From Anaerolineales bacterium (lineage in GTDB: Bacteria; Chloroflexota; Anaerolineae; Anaerolineales; E44-bin32), in the NCBI GenBank assembly GCA_034417075.1, contig DAOULU010000006.1:138283-202282 (forward strand): 64,000 bases of DNA. The letters are read 5' to 3'. Positions 47,553 to 57,696 of the stretch are shown piece after piece. The first letter of the stretch is position 1; the number at the start of each line of letters is the position of its first letter. The notes under the pieces are model-generated. The model was not told the origin of the DNA. It searched no databases and saw only the letters and a program-made list of their open reading frames with translations. The position numbers were made by a program, and so were the translations under genes.

Positions 47553-48692
47553 ATGCTAGCTAGCGATCCGAAGGCCATGCTGATGGCGCAGCTCCAACCA
47601 TGGCACGAAGCCATCTCCGATCCGACCAGCGCACAGCAGAACGTACTGCATCGTCTGCTGCAGGATTACGCCAAGACAAAATACGGCTCCGAACACGGCG
47701 CTTCACAGATCGATTCCATAGAGACATACCGCCAGGCGTTTCCCATCACGACGTATGAAGAATTCAAGCCGCTGATTAATCGCGTCATGGCGGGTGAAAT
47801 GGATCTCTTGCTGGCCGAGCCACCCATCGGCTGGGCGATCACTCGAGGCACCACTGCCGGGGAGTCGAAATTCGTCCCCATGACGCCAACCGACATGGCG
47901 ATGCGGGTTGCCGCCGGCCGCGCCATGATGAACTACGTCTTGGAAAGTGGCCGTTTCGATCTCTTCCAGGGTGTAAATCTCAATTTGAACTTTCCATCCT
48001 ACGTCGGCACGGTCAAGGTCGGCGATCAGGAATTGACCTACGGCTACAGCTCCGGGATCTATACCAAATTCGTCTCAGAGAAAACCCCCATTCATTCGAT
48101 GCCCACGCAAGATGAGATCGATGCACTCGGAGGCGGAAAGACTGTGCGAGACTGGGAAGCGCGTTTCGAGTTGGCATACCAGAAATGCAAGGATGAAAAC
48201 GTCACACTCGTGGGTGGAGTCGCGCCGACGGCTTTACGTTTCGCACGCTATTTACGAAAAAAACACAGCGTGTATCCGAAAAATCTATGGAAGACACAAA
48301 TCATGACCCTCGGCAGCGTTCCGGGGATCAACACGCACCACAAGGCGGCTTTGACGGCACTTTACGGACCGGTCGCAATCCGCGAAATCTACGGGGCTAC
48401 CGAGGGGATGTTCGGCCAACAACTCGACGAAAAAAAGGCCTGGACGCCGAATTCTGACCTTTTCTTTCTGGAAGCCGCTACCCGGTCCGGGATTAAAATG
48501 CTGCACGAAATGCGCGACGGTGAGATGGGAAATCTCGTCGTTTCCACCCCCATCTTGCCGCGATACGCGATCGGAGATCGCATCCTTTGCGTGAAAAAGC
48601 CCTACTACCGCTGTATCGGCCGTGATCGTTGGTGGACGCCTCTCGATTACGCCTGGAACGAGTTTTCCACATTAAATATGGGTCGATTGTAA
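47553..48692 (+). CDS. GH3-family (ANL-like adenylating) protein, apparently lacking the C-terminal subdomain
   Basis: YGSEHG...SIETYRQAFPITTYEEFKPLINRV, ITRGTTAGESKFVPMT, YGATEG. AAGGAGGAG SD lies before ATG 47553. The protein ends shortly after the RCIGRD hinge. Confidence 0.75.
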   Translation: MLASDPKAMLMAQLQPWHEAISDPTSAQQNVLHRLLQDYAKTKYGSEHGASQIDSIETYRQAFPITTYEEFKPLINRVMAGEMDLLLAEPPIGWAITRGTTAGESKFVPMTPTDMAMRVAAGRAMMNYVLESGRFDLFQGVNLNLNFPSYVGTVKVGDQELTYGYSSGIYTKFVSEKTPIHSMPTQDEIDALGGGKTVRDWEARFELAYQKCKDENVTLVGGVAPTALRFARYLRKKHSVYPKNLWKTQIMTLGSVPGINTHHKAALTALYGPVAIREIYGATEGMFGQQLDEKKAWTPNSDLFFLEAATRSGIKMLHEMRDGEMGNLVVSTPILPRYAIGDRILCVKKPYYRCIGRDRWWTPLDYAWNEFSTLNMGRL

Positions 48693-48732
48693 GATCCAAT
48701 CGACCCATTGCAGCCTCATACCAATTTCCGGA

Positions 48733-49197
48733 TCAGGCTTTCTTTCGAGTCCCGCGAAATATAATCGACAGCCCGATGACGATGATGATTAAAGGCCAGA
48801 TCAGGTCTGAATTGGTGATGTCGCCCAATCCGCTGCCGAATAAGATCACACCGAGAACGAGACTCCCCCCAACGGGCCCGCTGTATGCTGGGACGGTAAG
48901 GCGAATCAATACCTCCGCCAGTAGGATTAAACCTGCGCCTGCCGTTACGTAAGACCAGGGTTCCGCATTCCCGGGCAGATTCAAATCCTTCAAATAACCC
49001 ATATTCCAAATCAGGAAGAAAGCCCCAGCCCAAATCAAGATCGCCGCCCAAACGATGGAGGAAAGCGGATCGCGGCTCCATTTCTCATCCCACCGCTTAC
49101 CCATTTCTTTCTCGTGTGACTTTTCATCCATCTTTTCGTCCCTCCCCCATTCCTTCTCTTCTTTTTCGTTCATCGGGGTGTTTTGTTTGTCAGTCAT
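48733..49197 (-). CDS. Hypothetical membrane protein (charged N-terminus, 4 predicted TM helices)
   Basis: AGGAGGAGG SD lies 9 nt before ATG 49197. KE-rich N-terminus (EKEEKEWGRDEKMDEKSHEKEMGKRWDEKW) followed by hydrophobic helices. Confidence 0.6.
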   Translation of the reverse strand: MTDKQNTPMNEKEEKEWGRDEKMDEKSHEKEMGKRWDEKWSRDPLSSIVWAAILIWAGAFFLIWNMGYLKDLNLPGNAEPWSYVTAGAGLILLAEVLIRLTVPAYSGPVGGSLVLGVILFGSGLGDITNSDLIWPLIIIVIGLSIIFRGTRKKA

Positions 49198-49575
49198 CTC
49201 GTCTTGCCTCCTCCTGAATCCATGATGTGAATTCTGTTCCACGCGAATATAAGATTAAGATCGAATCCTGGTTCCAGATCAGCTTGATTTATCGAACGAC
49301 CTCGTTAAAAATCTGGTCTCGTGATTTCGCAGCAGCCAGACTCGCAGCTGAGGCCGTCGAAACTCGTGTCAACTCGAACGCATATCCAACAATTTGCTTC
49401 CAAACTCAAAGTAAATAGCGGGCAAAGCGTACCCACCACTGAAAATATGATACACGAGAAAAGGCGCAAACTCAATTTGTAGCCTGCATTATCGAGGGAG
49501 ATCCCCGATCGATTTAAAAGTCAGTAGCCACGAATAATTACGGCGTTTTCGAATTCAATTGGATGGAATTTAGTT

Positions 49576-50250
49576 TTAAGTATCCGAGACGTTTGTTTCT
49601 CTTTGCTTGCTCCAGCGCGCCCGCACATACAAGCTGAACCTAGAAAGCATTTGTTGAAATCTGCTGCCGGCCGTTCGTACCTGGGGTATGCGCAGAAAGA
49701 GCAGCAGCACCACAATCGCCATGTAAACCAAGGGTACGCGAACGTCCGATTTCACCAACCAGGTATAGTGCACCGTCGCAAGGAGCGTCCCGAGGTAGAT
49801 GGAACGATGCAGTCGTTTCCAATTCTTACCCAACCTGCGCTGCCAACCCCGGGTTGACGTGATCACCAAAGGTATGAGCAGAAGCCCCGAGGCGAGGCCC
49901 ACCAACGCAAAGCGTTTACTGAAAAGCGCATCTTTCAAGGATCCGAAATCGAACCCGTAGTCGATGCCGATGAAAATGAAGAAATGCAGCGCCACATAGC
50001 ACGCCGCATAGATGCCCAACCACTTACGCACGGGGATCAATAGCTTAAAACCAAAAAGAGTGTTCAACGGCGTAATCGCCAGCGTAATCGTCAACAGGAC
50101 GAGTGCGGTTTTGCCCGTACGCAACGTCGCCGCCTGAATGGGGTTGGCCGTGAGGTCGTTCTGATACCAATCGAAAAGCAGCAGGCCCATCGGCGTCAGG
50201 GCAGCTACATGGATGAGGAGTTGGATTCCGATTCGGCGCAACCTTGTCAT
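49576..50250 (-). CDS. msrQ: Protein-methionine-sulfoxide reductase heme-binding subunit MsrQ
   Basis: Ferric-reductase-like 6-TM protein with conserved His residues. Its start overlaps the msrP stop. Confidence 0.85.
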   Translation of the reverse strand: MTRLRRIGIQLLIHVAALTPMGLLLFDWYQNDLTANPIQAATLRTGKTALVLLTITLAITPLNTLFGFKLLIPVRKWLGIYAACYVALHFFIFIGIDYGFDFGSLKDALFSKRFALVGLASGLLLIPLVITSTRGWQRRLGKNWKRLHRSIYLGTLLATVHYTWLVKSDVRVPLVYMAIVVLLLFLRIPQVRTAGSRFQQMLSRFSLYVRARWSKQRETNVSDT

Positions 50251-51206
50251 CAGAAAAAGATCGATGGGCTCATGTCGGGATAGAGAAAAGCGACCTCATT
50301 GGCATATCCATTGAAGAGTAAGGTATCTCTTCGGCTGATTTCTCCGATGCGGCGTTCTTTTGCCTGAGACCAGCGAGGATGGGGTACCTCCGGGTTGATG
50401 TTGGCGTAAAATCCGTACTCGTTTGGCGAAGCTGCCATCCAAAGAGACGTCGGCTGTTCCGAAACCAGATCGATCTTGACGATCGATTTGATGCTCTTAA
50501 ATCCGTATTTCCAGGGCACAACGAGCCGGATCGGAGCGCCGTTTTGAGCCGGAAGATTCTTTCCGTACAAGCCGATAGCCATGAGCGTCAGATCATGCAT
50601 GGCCTCATCGATGCGCAATCCTTCGACGTACGGCCATGCGTACCAGGGGGTCTTCTGGCCCGGCATCTGATCCGGATCGTAAAGCGTTTCAAAACGGACG
50701 TATTTGGCATCTCCCATCGGTTCGACGTCCTCCAGCAACCGGGCCAGGGGAAAGCCATTCCAGGGTATCACCATCGACCATCCCTCGACGCAGCGCAAAC
50801 GATAGACACGTTCTTCCTGCTCGAAGCCGGCCAAATCGTCGATGTCGTATACCTTTGGGTTATGGACCAAACCTCCAACTTCGACCTGCCAAGGCGAAGT
50901 GCGGAAATTCCCTACGCGATCGACAACGGTCGTCTTGTCCGTGGTAAATTCGTAAAAATTGTTGAAATGGGTAATGTCCGTATAGCTGTTCACCGGATCC
51001 CCCAGTTCATCCGTCAATGCGCTGCTTTCCGGCTGCATAGTCTCATCGGCCGACGAAAGCTGAGTAGCAGCTCCTCCACCACAAGCAGCCAAGAGCAGCG
51101 AGCCCGAGGCTAGTGCTCCAGCACTTTTCAGAAAATCGCGTCTCGATAGATAAACGTGCTCCGGAGTAATTTCTGAGGGATGTATTTCAACCATTTCAAC
51201 CTCCAC
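50250..51206 (-). CDS. msrP: Protein-methionine-sulfoxide reductase catalytic (molybdopterin) subunit MsrP
   Basis: Tat signal [13 protein letters not shown]. YedY-type core ([43 protein letters not shown]). Confidence 0.9.
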   Translation of the reverse strand: MEVEMVEIHPSEITPEHVYLSRRDFLKSAGALASGSLLLAACGGGAATQLSSADETMQPESSALTDELGDPVNSYTDITHFNNFYEFTTDKTTVVDRVGNFRTSPWQVEVGGLVHNPKVYDIDDLAGFEQEERVYRLRCVEGWSMVIPWNGFPLARLLEDVEPMGDAKYVRFETLYDPDQMPGQKTPWYAWPYVEGLRIDEAMHDLTLMAIGLYGKNLPAQNGAPIRLVVPWKYGFKSIKSIVKIDLVSEQPTSLWMAASPNEYGFYANINPEVPHPRWSQAKERRIGEISRRDTLLFNGYANEVAFLYPDMSPSIFF

Positions 51207-51460
51207 ATTCCAAGCCCAACGCCAGCGAATTTACCGTAGACCATCTATAGACCAGATTTTACCTCAGCATATCAGGCCCAAGTAGCGCTGCATGCAGGGG
51301 GCGTGACGATCGTGTCATTTCTGACGCTTCCGGGGGACCGACCACGGCCATCCATGAATTTTCGAGGGGACGAGCAAACTATCGAGGATCGATTGCACTG
51401 AGGGAAGGAGGAAAAGCCCGATTCAATCAACGATCAAACGAAAACACAAGACCTCTTGTC

Positions 51461-51850
51461 TCACCCAGAATGTGCCGGGAGGTATTTGGTAATCTCTCTC
51501 CGAAACTGCTTGATTGAGAAGGGTTTACTCATGAAAGCGTTCGCTCCAGCTTCCAAAGCTTCACTTCGATCTTCCGGCATCGCCTTCGCACTTACGATAA
51601 TCGTTGGGATATCGGACCAAGCGGGCGCTGATCGTATTTTGCGTACGAGACATATTCCGTCGACTTCAGGCATCATAATGTCCGATAAGATCAAATCCGG
51701 CGTGCAACGCTCGAGCAGCGTCAACGCCTGGGGAACGTCATACGCAAGATGGACTTTATAACCATCGGAAGTCAAAAATTCATACATGATCGCACAAAAC
51801 ACAGGATCATCATCGACAACGAGCACGACAGGATTATATTGATGTTTCAT
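51461..51850 (-). CDS. Single-domain response regulator (CheY-like)
   Basis: VLVVDDD, DLILSDIMMPEVDG, IIVSAK, SKPF. I prefer the Met at 51850 (MKHQY..) to the ORF start at 51895. Confidence 0.88.
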   Translation of the reverse strand: MKHQYNPVVLVVDDDPVFCAIMYEFLTSDGYKVHLAYDVPQALTLLERCTPDLILSDIMMPEVDGICLVRKIRSAPAWSDIPTIIVSAKAMPEDRSEALEAGANAFMSKPFSIKQFRREITKYLPAHSG

Positions 51851-52149
51851 GGTTCTCGGTCCTCTAACGAATGATTTATGACCGTTAAGCTGCACGTTTT
51901 ATGCCAATCGACAAATCGGAAGTGTACGAGTACACAACGACCTCAGCAATTACGGCGAGGCAGATCTTCCTCTTCATTAGAATCGAGATGATTTATCGAT
52001 GTCGCCATAAAAACAGCAGGATCACACATGTAGGAATGAAGGACCGCAACACTTCATGCTCACTTCGAAGACCAGTATTTCTTCTCCCTCGATCGCCTCA
52101 GTGATGAATGTTGTGTCATCCAAAGTCGACGCTATCTCCCTACCCTGTT

Positions 52150-52359
52150 TCAGCCCTCCCTCATCTTGTTCAACTCGTCTTCCAATTGCGCCTTACGGAT
52201 TTCATAGGCTTGTTGGATCTCCTCACGAAATTCATCCCTCCGCTGCTGTATGCGCGCTCTAAATTCATCGCCGGAAGAAGGCGCCAGCAACAATGCGGTT
52301 ACGGCCCCGACGAAGGCACCACAGAATGCGCCGGTTAGAAAAGTCATGAAACGTCGCAT
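52150..52359 (-). CDS. YtxH-domain small membrane-associated protein
   Basis: 69 aa. FLTGAFCGAFVGAVTALLLAPSSGDEFR followed by an amphipathic charged helix. Confidence 0.7.
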   Translation of the reverse strand: MRRFMTFLTGAFCGAFVGAVTALLLAPSSGDEFRARIQQRRDEFREEIQQAYEIRKAQLEDELNKMREG

Positions 52360-52723
52360 CGTACACCTCCTCTTGAAGATAATTACAGGTAGGCACTAAT
52401 CACTAGAAAAGCTGCAAATATTCCCGGATAGAACACCTTTGTCAGCCAAAATTCTCGAGATTATCGACTGTCGCTACATTGTTAGTAACACCCGTACTCC
52501 TGCGAAGCCTCACAGCAGTTCGATGATGGAGAGAATGTAGGATTTGTTCCCTCGAGGGAACATTCTACAACCTTTAAGTACGACTCTCTCGATTTGGTTG
52601 CCTATCCCAAAGCATCTGCGATATACTCGTGACTTGTCACATTAAATATCGGCCCGAACCACAAACCGGGAGATCTCCTCCCGGTTGTGCATGACAAGGA
52701 ATTCGGAGGCAATGGAGGACACC

Positions 52724-52960
52724 ATGGCCAAAGTCAGCATCGAGTACTGCGCCGTTTGACACTACACGGATCGAGCCGTCCGTGCGATGGCTGAAGTCCT
52801 GCAGAAATATGAAACCAGAATCGACGAGATCACACTGATACCATCCGACGGCGGACGCTTCGAAGTCACCGTCGACGGCACACTGGTATACTCCAAACTC
52901 GCCACCGGACGTCACATCGAATCAGGTGAGACCGCAAAATGTGTCGGAGAACATATTTAG
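52724..52960 (+). CDS. selW: SelW/Rdx-family selenoprotein, in-frame UGA (Sec) at 52757-52759
   Basis: GGAGG lies 5 nt before ATG 52724. Translation is MAKVSIEYCAV-U-HYTDRAVRAMAEVLQKYETRIDEITLIPSDGGRFEVTVDGTLVYSKLATGRHIESGETAKCVGEHI. It has the CxxU redox motif and the GGxFEVxVDGxLxxSK signature of the Rdx fold. Absent from the ORF track because of the TGA. Confidence 0.85.
52765..52784 (+). promoter_or_regulatory. Candidate bacterial SECIS hairpin
   Basis: CACGGA (52765-70) pairs perfectly with TCCGTG (52779-84) around an 8-nt loop UCGAGCCG. It begins 5 nt after the UGA. Confidence 0.55.
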
Positions 52961-52972
52961 GAGGAAAACCCA

Positions 52973-53962
52973 TTGACAGCAAAGAAGGGACGCGTCTTTT
53001 CCGGTGCCAGACCGACCGGGCGCCAACATCTAGGTAATTACCTAGGCGCCATCAAGAACTACGTGGCGCTGCAAGATGAATTCGAATGCATTTACTGCAT
53101 CGTCGACTTGCACGCCTTGACGACACTTGAGACGACCAAATCGCTCAAGACGAACACCTACGAGATGGCACTCGATTGGCTCGCTGCAGGACTGCGGCCG
53201 GAGGAGACGATCATCTTCGTTCAATCCCACGTCCCGGAAGTCACTGAGCTGCATACCATCCTTTCAATGGTCGTAGGGCTCGGGAAACTGACCGATCTAC
53301 CCACCTTCAAAGAAAAAGCGCGGCAGCAGCCGCATAACATCAACTACGGTCTGGTAGGGTATCCAATTTTAATGGCAGCCGATATTGCTCTCTATAAAGC
53401 GGGATTTGTGCCCGTAGGAATCGACCAGGCACCGCACCTCGAATTTGCCCGCGAGGTCGTGCGTTCGTTCAATCACCGCTTTGAAACGGATGTGTTGATC
53501 GAGCCCCAGATGAAAAGCACGGAGGTTCCCAAAGTCCTCGGCACGGATGGCGTGCAGAAAATGAGTAAAAGCCTGGATAACCACATCGAACTGGCCGCTA
53601 CGCCGGAGGAGACCCTCGCACGCGTGATGACCATGGTGACCGATCCGCAGCGAAAGCGCCGCTCGGATCCTGGGAATCCCGACGTGTGCAACGTCTTTAC
53701 GATGCATAAAATCTTCTCTACGGAGGAGGACGTCAAAGAGATCAACATCGAGTGCCGCCGAGCAGGAATTGGCTGCGTGGATTGTAAGAAGCGATTCGCC
53801 GAGAATCTGAACGCACATCTAGCCCCCTTCCGAGAAAAACGGTCCAAGCTCAGCGAAGATCCCGATCAGGTCTGGAACATCTTGGCGGATGGGGCAGCAC
53901 GCGCCAAACGAATTGCCACGCAAACGATGATCGAGGTACGCGAAGCCGTAGGATTACCCTGA
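52973..53962 (+). CDS. trpS: Tryptophan--tRNA ligase
   Basis: Class I motifs: HLGNY (HIGH variant) and KMSKS. TTG start 12 nt after the selenoprotein stop, with GGAGGA upstream. Confidence 0.95.
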   Translation: MTAKKGRVFSGARPTGRQHLGNYLGAIKNYVALQDEFECIYCIVDLHALTTLETTKSLKTNTYEMALDWLAAGLRPEETIIFVQSHVPEVTELHTILSMVVGLGKLTDLPTFKEKARQQPHNINYGLVGYPILMAADIALYKAGFVPVGIDQAPHLEFAREVVRSFNHRFETDVLIEPQMKSTEVPKVLGTDGVQKMSKSLDNHIELAATPEETLARVMTMVTDPQRKRRSDPGNPDVCNVFTMHKIFSTEEDVKEINIECRRAGIGCVDCKKRFAENLNAHLAPFREKRSKLSEDPDQVWNILADGAARAKRIATQTMIEVREAVGLP

Positions 53963-54154
53963 CCAGCGGGGTAATGAATGAGACAATCCCGATCGGGTTC
54001 AAAGGATGAAAGAAATCCTGCTCGAATGGTCGTACACGCTTCGACTTGGATTCGCCAGTTTGAAATATGCGACGGAATTATCGACGGCTTAGGCGGTCGT
54101 ACTTCGGAACATCTTATCGTGTTGAGTTGAGAGCGAGAAGGAGCCGGGAACTGT

Positions 54155-54598
54155 ATGCGTGCGGTGCTGCAGCGCGTTCGTCGAGGTCGCGTGTCCGTTG
54201 AAGGCAAAACCATGGCGGAGATCGATCGGGGACTGGTCATACTCGTCGGTGTCGGTCACGAAGATACCGCGCAGGAAGCCCACAGGTTGGCGGAAAAATG
54301 CGCTGCGTTGCGAATCTTCGAGGACGATGAGGGGAAAACGAACCTTTCGATTCTGGATATCGAAGGGCAGGCCATCGTGATCTCCCAATTTACGCTGTAT
54401 GCCGACACGCGCAAAGGTCGCAGACCGAGTTTTACCAAAGCCGCCAAGCCGGAGACAGCAGAACCACTCGTAGAGATCTTCACATCCCACTTACGAGCGC
54501 AAGGCGTGCAGACTCAAACCGGCGTTTTTGGGGCGCACATGCTGGTGGAAATCGAAAACGACGGGCCGGTTACTATCCTGCTCGAACGTAACCCATAG
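54155..54598 (+). CDS. dtd: D-aminoacyl-tRNA deacylase
   Basis: MRAVLQRV..., [29 protein letters not shown]. Confidence 0.94.
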   Translation: MRAVLQRVRRGRVSVEGKTMAEIDRGLVILVGVGHEDTAQEAHRLAEKCAALRIFEDDEGKTNLSILDIEGQAIVISQFTLYADTRKGRRPSFTKAAKPETAEPLVEIFTSHLRAQGVQTQTGVFGAHMLVEIENDGPVTILLERNP

Positions 54599-54738
54599 CC
54601 CGCCTTACTGACCTTGACCCTGGTGGAGAGTTTTTTCGAGACCGAATGTCGGAAATATTGAACCCGGAAATGCATGCTACGCTTGTCGAGTGCAATCTTT
54701 CCATTCCGACAACGAAACCTTTTTGCCGGAAGTGATCA

Positions 54739-56391
54739 ATGTCCATGAATGGGCGTAAAGAAAAAAGCTGGAAGAATTTCTTGCTCTACTCACCAGCTAT
54801 ACTTGCTTTCTTAATTATGATCCCCAGGTTGGCATCGCCTCAATTCGGACTTTTAGATGATGCAACTAACATCTATGCTACACAACAATTCCATAATGGG
54901 GATCTGTCGTGGATTCAAGGTTTGAATAGCGGTCGCTTTAGGCCAGCCTATTTCCTCATTTTTGCCCTTTTTTACGCAATCGCGGACATGAATCCTCTGG
55001 CCTATTTCGTCATCGATAGCATTATTTTCATTCTGATTACTTGCAGCTTGATTTTCATCGTAAATCACCAGTCACAAAATAAAGGGATTGCATGGTGGAG
55101 TGGTACGCTCTTCGTGCTTTCGAGCCCGGTAATCGAAAATTTCTACACGGTATACAAACAAGAAGCACTACAAATTGCTTTACTTGTGGGAGCATTATTA
55201 CTTACATGTCAACTCAACAAAGTATCATCGCGCCTTAAAAGAACAGTGTTACTTGCCCTCAGCCTGCTATTTATACTTAGCGCACTGTCTTTTAAAGAGA
55301 CATCCCTCATCATCATCCCCATTGCAATTTCCTGGTATATCGGGGCCTTTGTTTTTCAACGAATCACCAAGAAAGATACCCATGCGCTGATCAAACGGAA
55401 TTATATGCTCATCACGCTTTGTAGTGGTTTGATCTTCATCCTCCTTTGGTATTTGAACAAACAAAATGTTATTGCTGTTGAAGGAATCCACTTTCGTTAC
55501 TCATTTGAGCCAAGTAGCATCGCACATTCACTAAAAGAATGGGAAAGATGGATCCGCCGAGATTTCTTTTTCCTATATTTTCTCCTGGTACCACCCCTAT
55601 TATGGTTTGTTCACAAAAGAAGATTTCCACACAGCAACTTATTTTTCGATGCTGTGCTATGGATGATCGGATGGCTCGCGGTTTTTATCCCGTGGGTTTA
55701 CCAACTCGATTATTATTTACTCCCGTTCGCGTTGGGAAGCAGTGTCCTTGGTGCGATTTGTATTTCTCAAAGCATTTCGACTTTCAGAAATGGAGGCCCA
55801 CTCTATCGCATCGTTGCGATAGCTTCATTATGCCTGGCGGCTTTTTTCTTCCTCACAACGCTCCCGAACAATCTTACGAACGCAAGATTACAATTGACCA
55901 TCGACAAACACAACGCGGATCTTGTCGCCTTCGCTGTGGATGAATTACCAGAGAACGCTGCCCTTTTGATCAACATCCAACAGCAAAGTGAATATCTTGG
56001 AACGCTCAGCCGATTCATCAACGTTCTATATGATCGTTCTGACATTCAGATAAGACAACTGAAAGCTGACGACCTCAGTCTCGCAGAGATAGATGACGAT
56101 CATTACTACATTGCAACTCCAATTTTTGAAAGTCAATTCTATCGCTCAGTCCGATTGGGTTTTTCAGCAGATGACGCCAAGCAATGGAGCGAATCCATTT
56201 CATCATATCTGGACGGCACAGAAGAAATGGTGTTTGAAACAATTGGAAATTTCCGCTTGTTCTTGGTAGAGATACGCCTGGGTTGTTTGCTTCGTGATGT
56301 CCCTAGTTATTGTGATATTCCTACTGTACCGCTTGACCGGCGAGAGCTCATCTACGGATGGAGAGTATATCGCATTCCAATCCAACAATGA
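54739..56391 (+). CDS. Polytopic membrane glycosyltransferase, GT-C fold (ArnT/PMT, GT39-like)
   Basis: 550 aa with about 10 or more TM helices. The first extracytoplasmic loop has an acidic DD motif (FGLLDDATNIY). The gene is markedly AT-rich compared with its flanks. Confidence 0.6.
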   Translation: MSMNGRKEKSWKNFLLYSPAILAFLIMIPRLASPQFGLLDDATNIYATQQFHNGDLSWIQGLNSGRFRPAYFLIFALFYAIADMNPLAYFVIDSIIFILITCSLIFIVNHQSQNKGIAWWSGTLFVLSSPVIENFYTVYKQEALQIALLVGALLLTCQLNKVSSRLKRTVLLALSLLFILSALSFKETSLIIIPIAISWYIGAFVFQRITKKDTHALIKRNYMLITLCSGLIFILLWYLNKQNVIAVEGIHFRYSFEPSSIAHSLKEWERWIRRDFFFLYFLLVPPLLWFVHKRRFPHSNLFFDAVLWMIGWLAVFIPWVYQLDYYLLPFALGSSVLGAICISQSISTFRNGGPLYRIVAIASLCLAAFFFLTTLPNNLTNARLQLTIDKHNADLVAFAVDELPENAALLINIQQQSEYLGTLSRFINVLYDRSDIQIRQLKADDLSLAEIDDDHYYIATPIFESQFYRSVRLGFSADDAKQWSESISSYLDGTEEMVFETIGNFRLFLVEIRLGCLLRDVPSYCDIPTVPLDRRELIYGWRVYRIPIQQ

Positions 56392-56619
56392 TTTCTTCAC
56401 CCAAGAACTAGTCGGCACATACATACTGATTCCCGTAATGAAATCAATGCAAAATTTTCTGCACACCAAGATATTGAACTTATCTCTTTTGATCCGACAC
56501 AATAGATCTTCTTGGCAGCCTGCTGTCAGCCGCACGTCGGCAGTCAGAAAAATCTGCATGTTATAATCCCGTCGAAATACGTAAATTTGATCTATGGATA
56601 ACTGAAGGAGGAAGAATCC

Positions 56620-57663
56620 ATGAACATCGCAATCGCAATTCGCGCCTTATCTACGATCTCTTGGTTGCTCTTTGTGGGAATCATCATTCTAGCCGTCGTG
56701 CGCGCGGCGCAAGGGCGTCACATGAAATCTGCGCCGGTTATGGTCATCGCTACGGCTTTGTTTGCCATCGTCCTGACGACCGTGTCTGCCGGGCTCGTCT
56801 TTATCCAACCCGAACAACGTGGTGTTGTAATCTCGGCGCTTGACCCGCAGGGCTATAAATCCGAACCGCTTCAACCCGGCTTGCGTTGGGTTGTTCCCTT
56901 CGCCGAAAGTGTGATTACGTACCCGATTTCAAGTCAGACCTACACCATGTCCATCGCACCGGAAGAAGGTCAAGTGCATGGAGACGACTCAGTTGCCGCC
57001 CGTACATCCGATGGCCAGGAAGTACTCATCGATGCTTCTGTGATTTTCGCCATCGATCCCAACCAGGTTATTGACGTTCACATTCAATGGCAGGATCGCT
57101 ATGACATCGATTTGGTTCGAGCAGTCTCCCGCGGCGTTATCCGTGACGAAGCCTCCCAATATCGCGTGGATGAGATCGTGAGTGCCAAACGACGGGAATT
57201 GATCCAGGGAATCGAAGTTGAATTGTCAGAGCAACTTCAGCAGAATGGATTGATTCTACGCAATTTTATCCTGCGTAACATTCAGTTTTCACCGGAATAT
57301 GCTGCCTCAGTGGAACAAAAGCAGATCGCCGAGCAGGAAGCGCAGCAGGCGGCCTTCGTGGTCCAGCAGCGCGCGCAGGAAGCCGAACAAGCACGAAAAG
57401 TGGCTGAAGGTCAAGCCGACGCCAATGTGATCGCCGCCGAGGGTCGTGCCGAAGCACGCTTGATCGAAGCCGAAGCGGAAGCCAAAGCACTCAAGTTGAT
57501 CGCCGACGCATTGCGCGATAACCCCGATTTGCTTACCTTCGAATACATCCAGAAGCTGGCGGACCAGATCCGCGTGATGCTCGTGCCCAACGACAACCCG
57601 TTCTTGCTGCCGCTGCCTTCGCTGGAAGAGGAAGGCACAGTTACGGTTCCTTCGACTCCATAG
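56620..57663 (+). CDS. SPFH/Band-7 (prohibitin-like) membrane protein
   Basis: N-terminal TM helices, SPFH core, Ala/Glu/Gln-rich coiled coil (QKQIAEQEAQQAAFVVQQRAQEAEQARKVAEGQADA). Confidence 0.88.
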   Translation: MNIAIAIRALSTISWLLFVGIIILAVVRAAQGRHMKSAPVMVIATALFAIVLTTVSAGLVFIQPEQRGVVISALDPQGYKSEPLQPGLRWVVPFAESVITYPISSQTYTMSIAPEEGQVHGDDSVAARTSDGQEVLIDASVIFAIDPNQVIDVHIQWQDRYDIDLVRAVSRGVIRDEASQYRVDEIVSAKRRELIQGIEVELSEQLQQNGLILRNFILRNIQFSPEYAASVEQKQIAEQEAQQAAFVVQQRAQEAEQARKVAEGQADANVIAAEGRAEARLIEAEAEAKALKLIADALRDNPDLLTFEYIQKLADQIRVMLVPNDNPFLLPLPSLEEEGTVTVPSTP

Positions 57664-57696
57664 TCGATAAGATCACCGCATCAACCGGTAACACAA

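Noticed and set aside
51207-51460. Possible Moco riboswitch in the 254-nt leader upstream of msrP.
   Set aside because: I could not recognise the conserved Moco-motif helices or loops by eye. It would need an Infernal/Rfam scan, so I do not claim it.
52637-52915. 92-aa minus-strand ORF covering the trpS-upstream region.
   Set aside because: The plus strand here encodes a convincing SelW/Rdx-like protein once TGA 52757 is read as Sec. The minus ORF has no SD and no recognisable motif.
52961-52972. T-box or other leader upstream of trpS.
   Set aside because: Only 12 nt separate trpS from the upstream selenoprotein gene. There is no room for a T-box.
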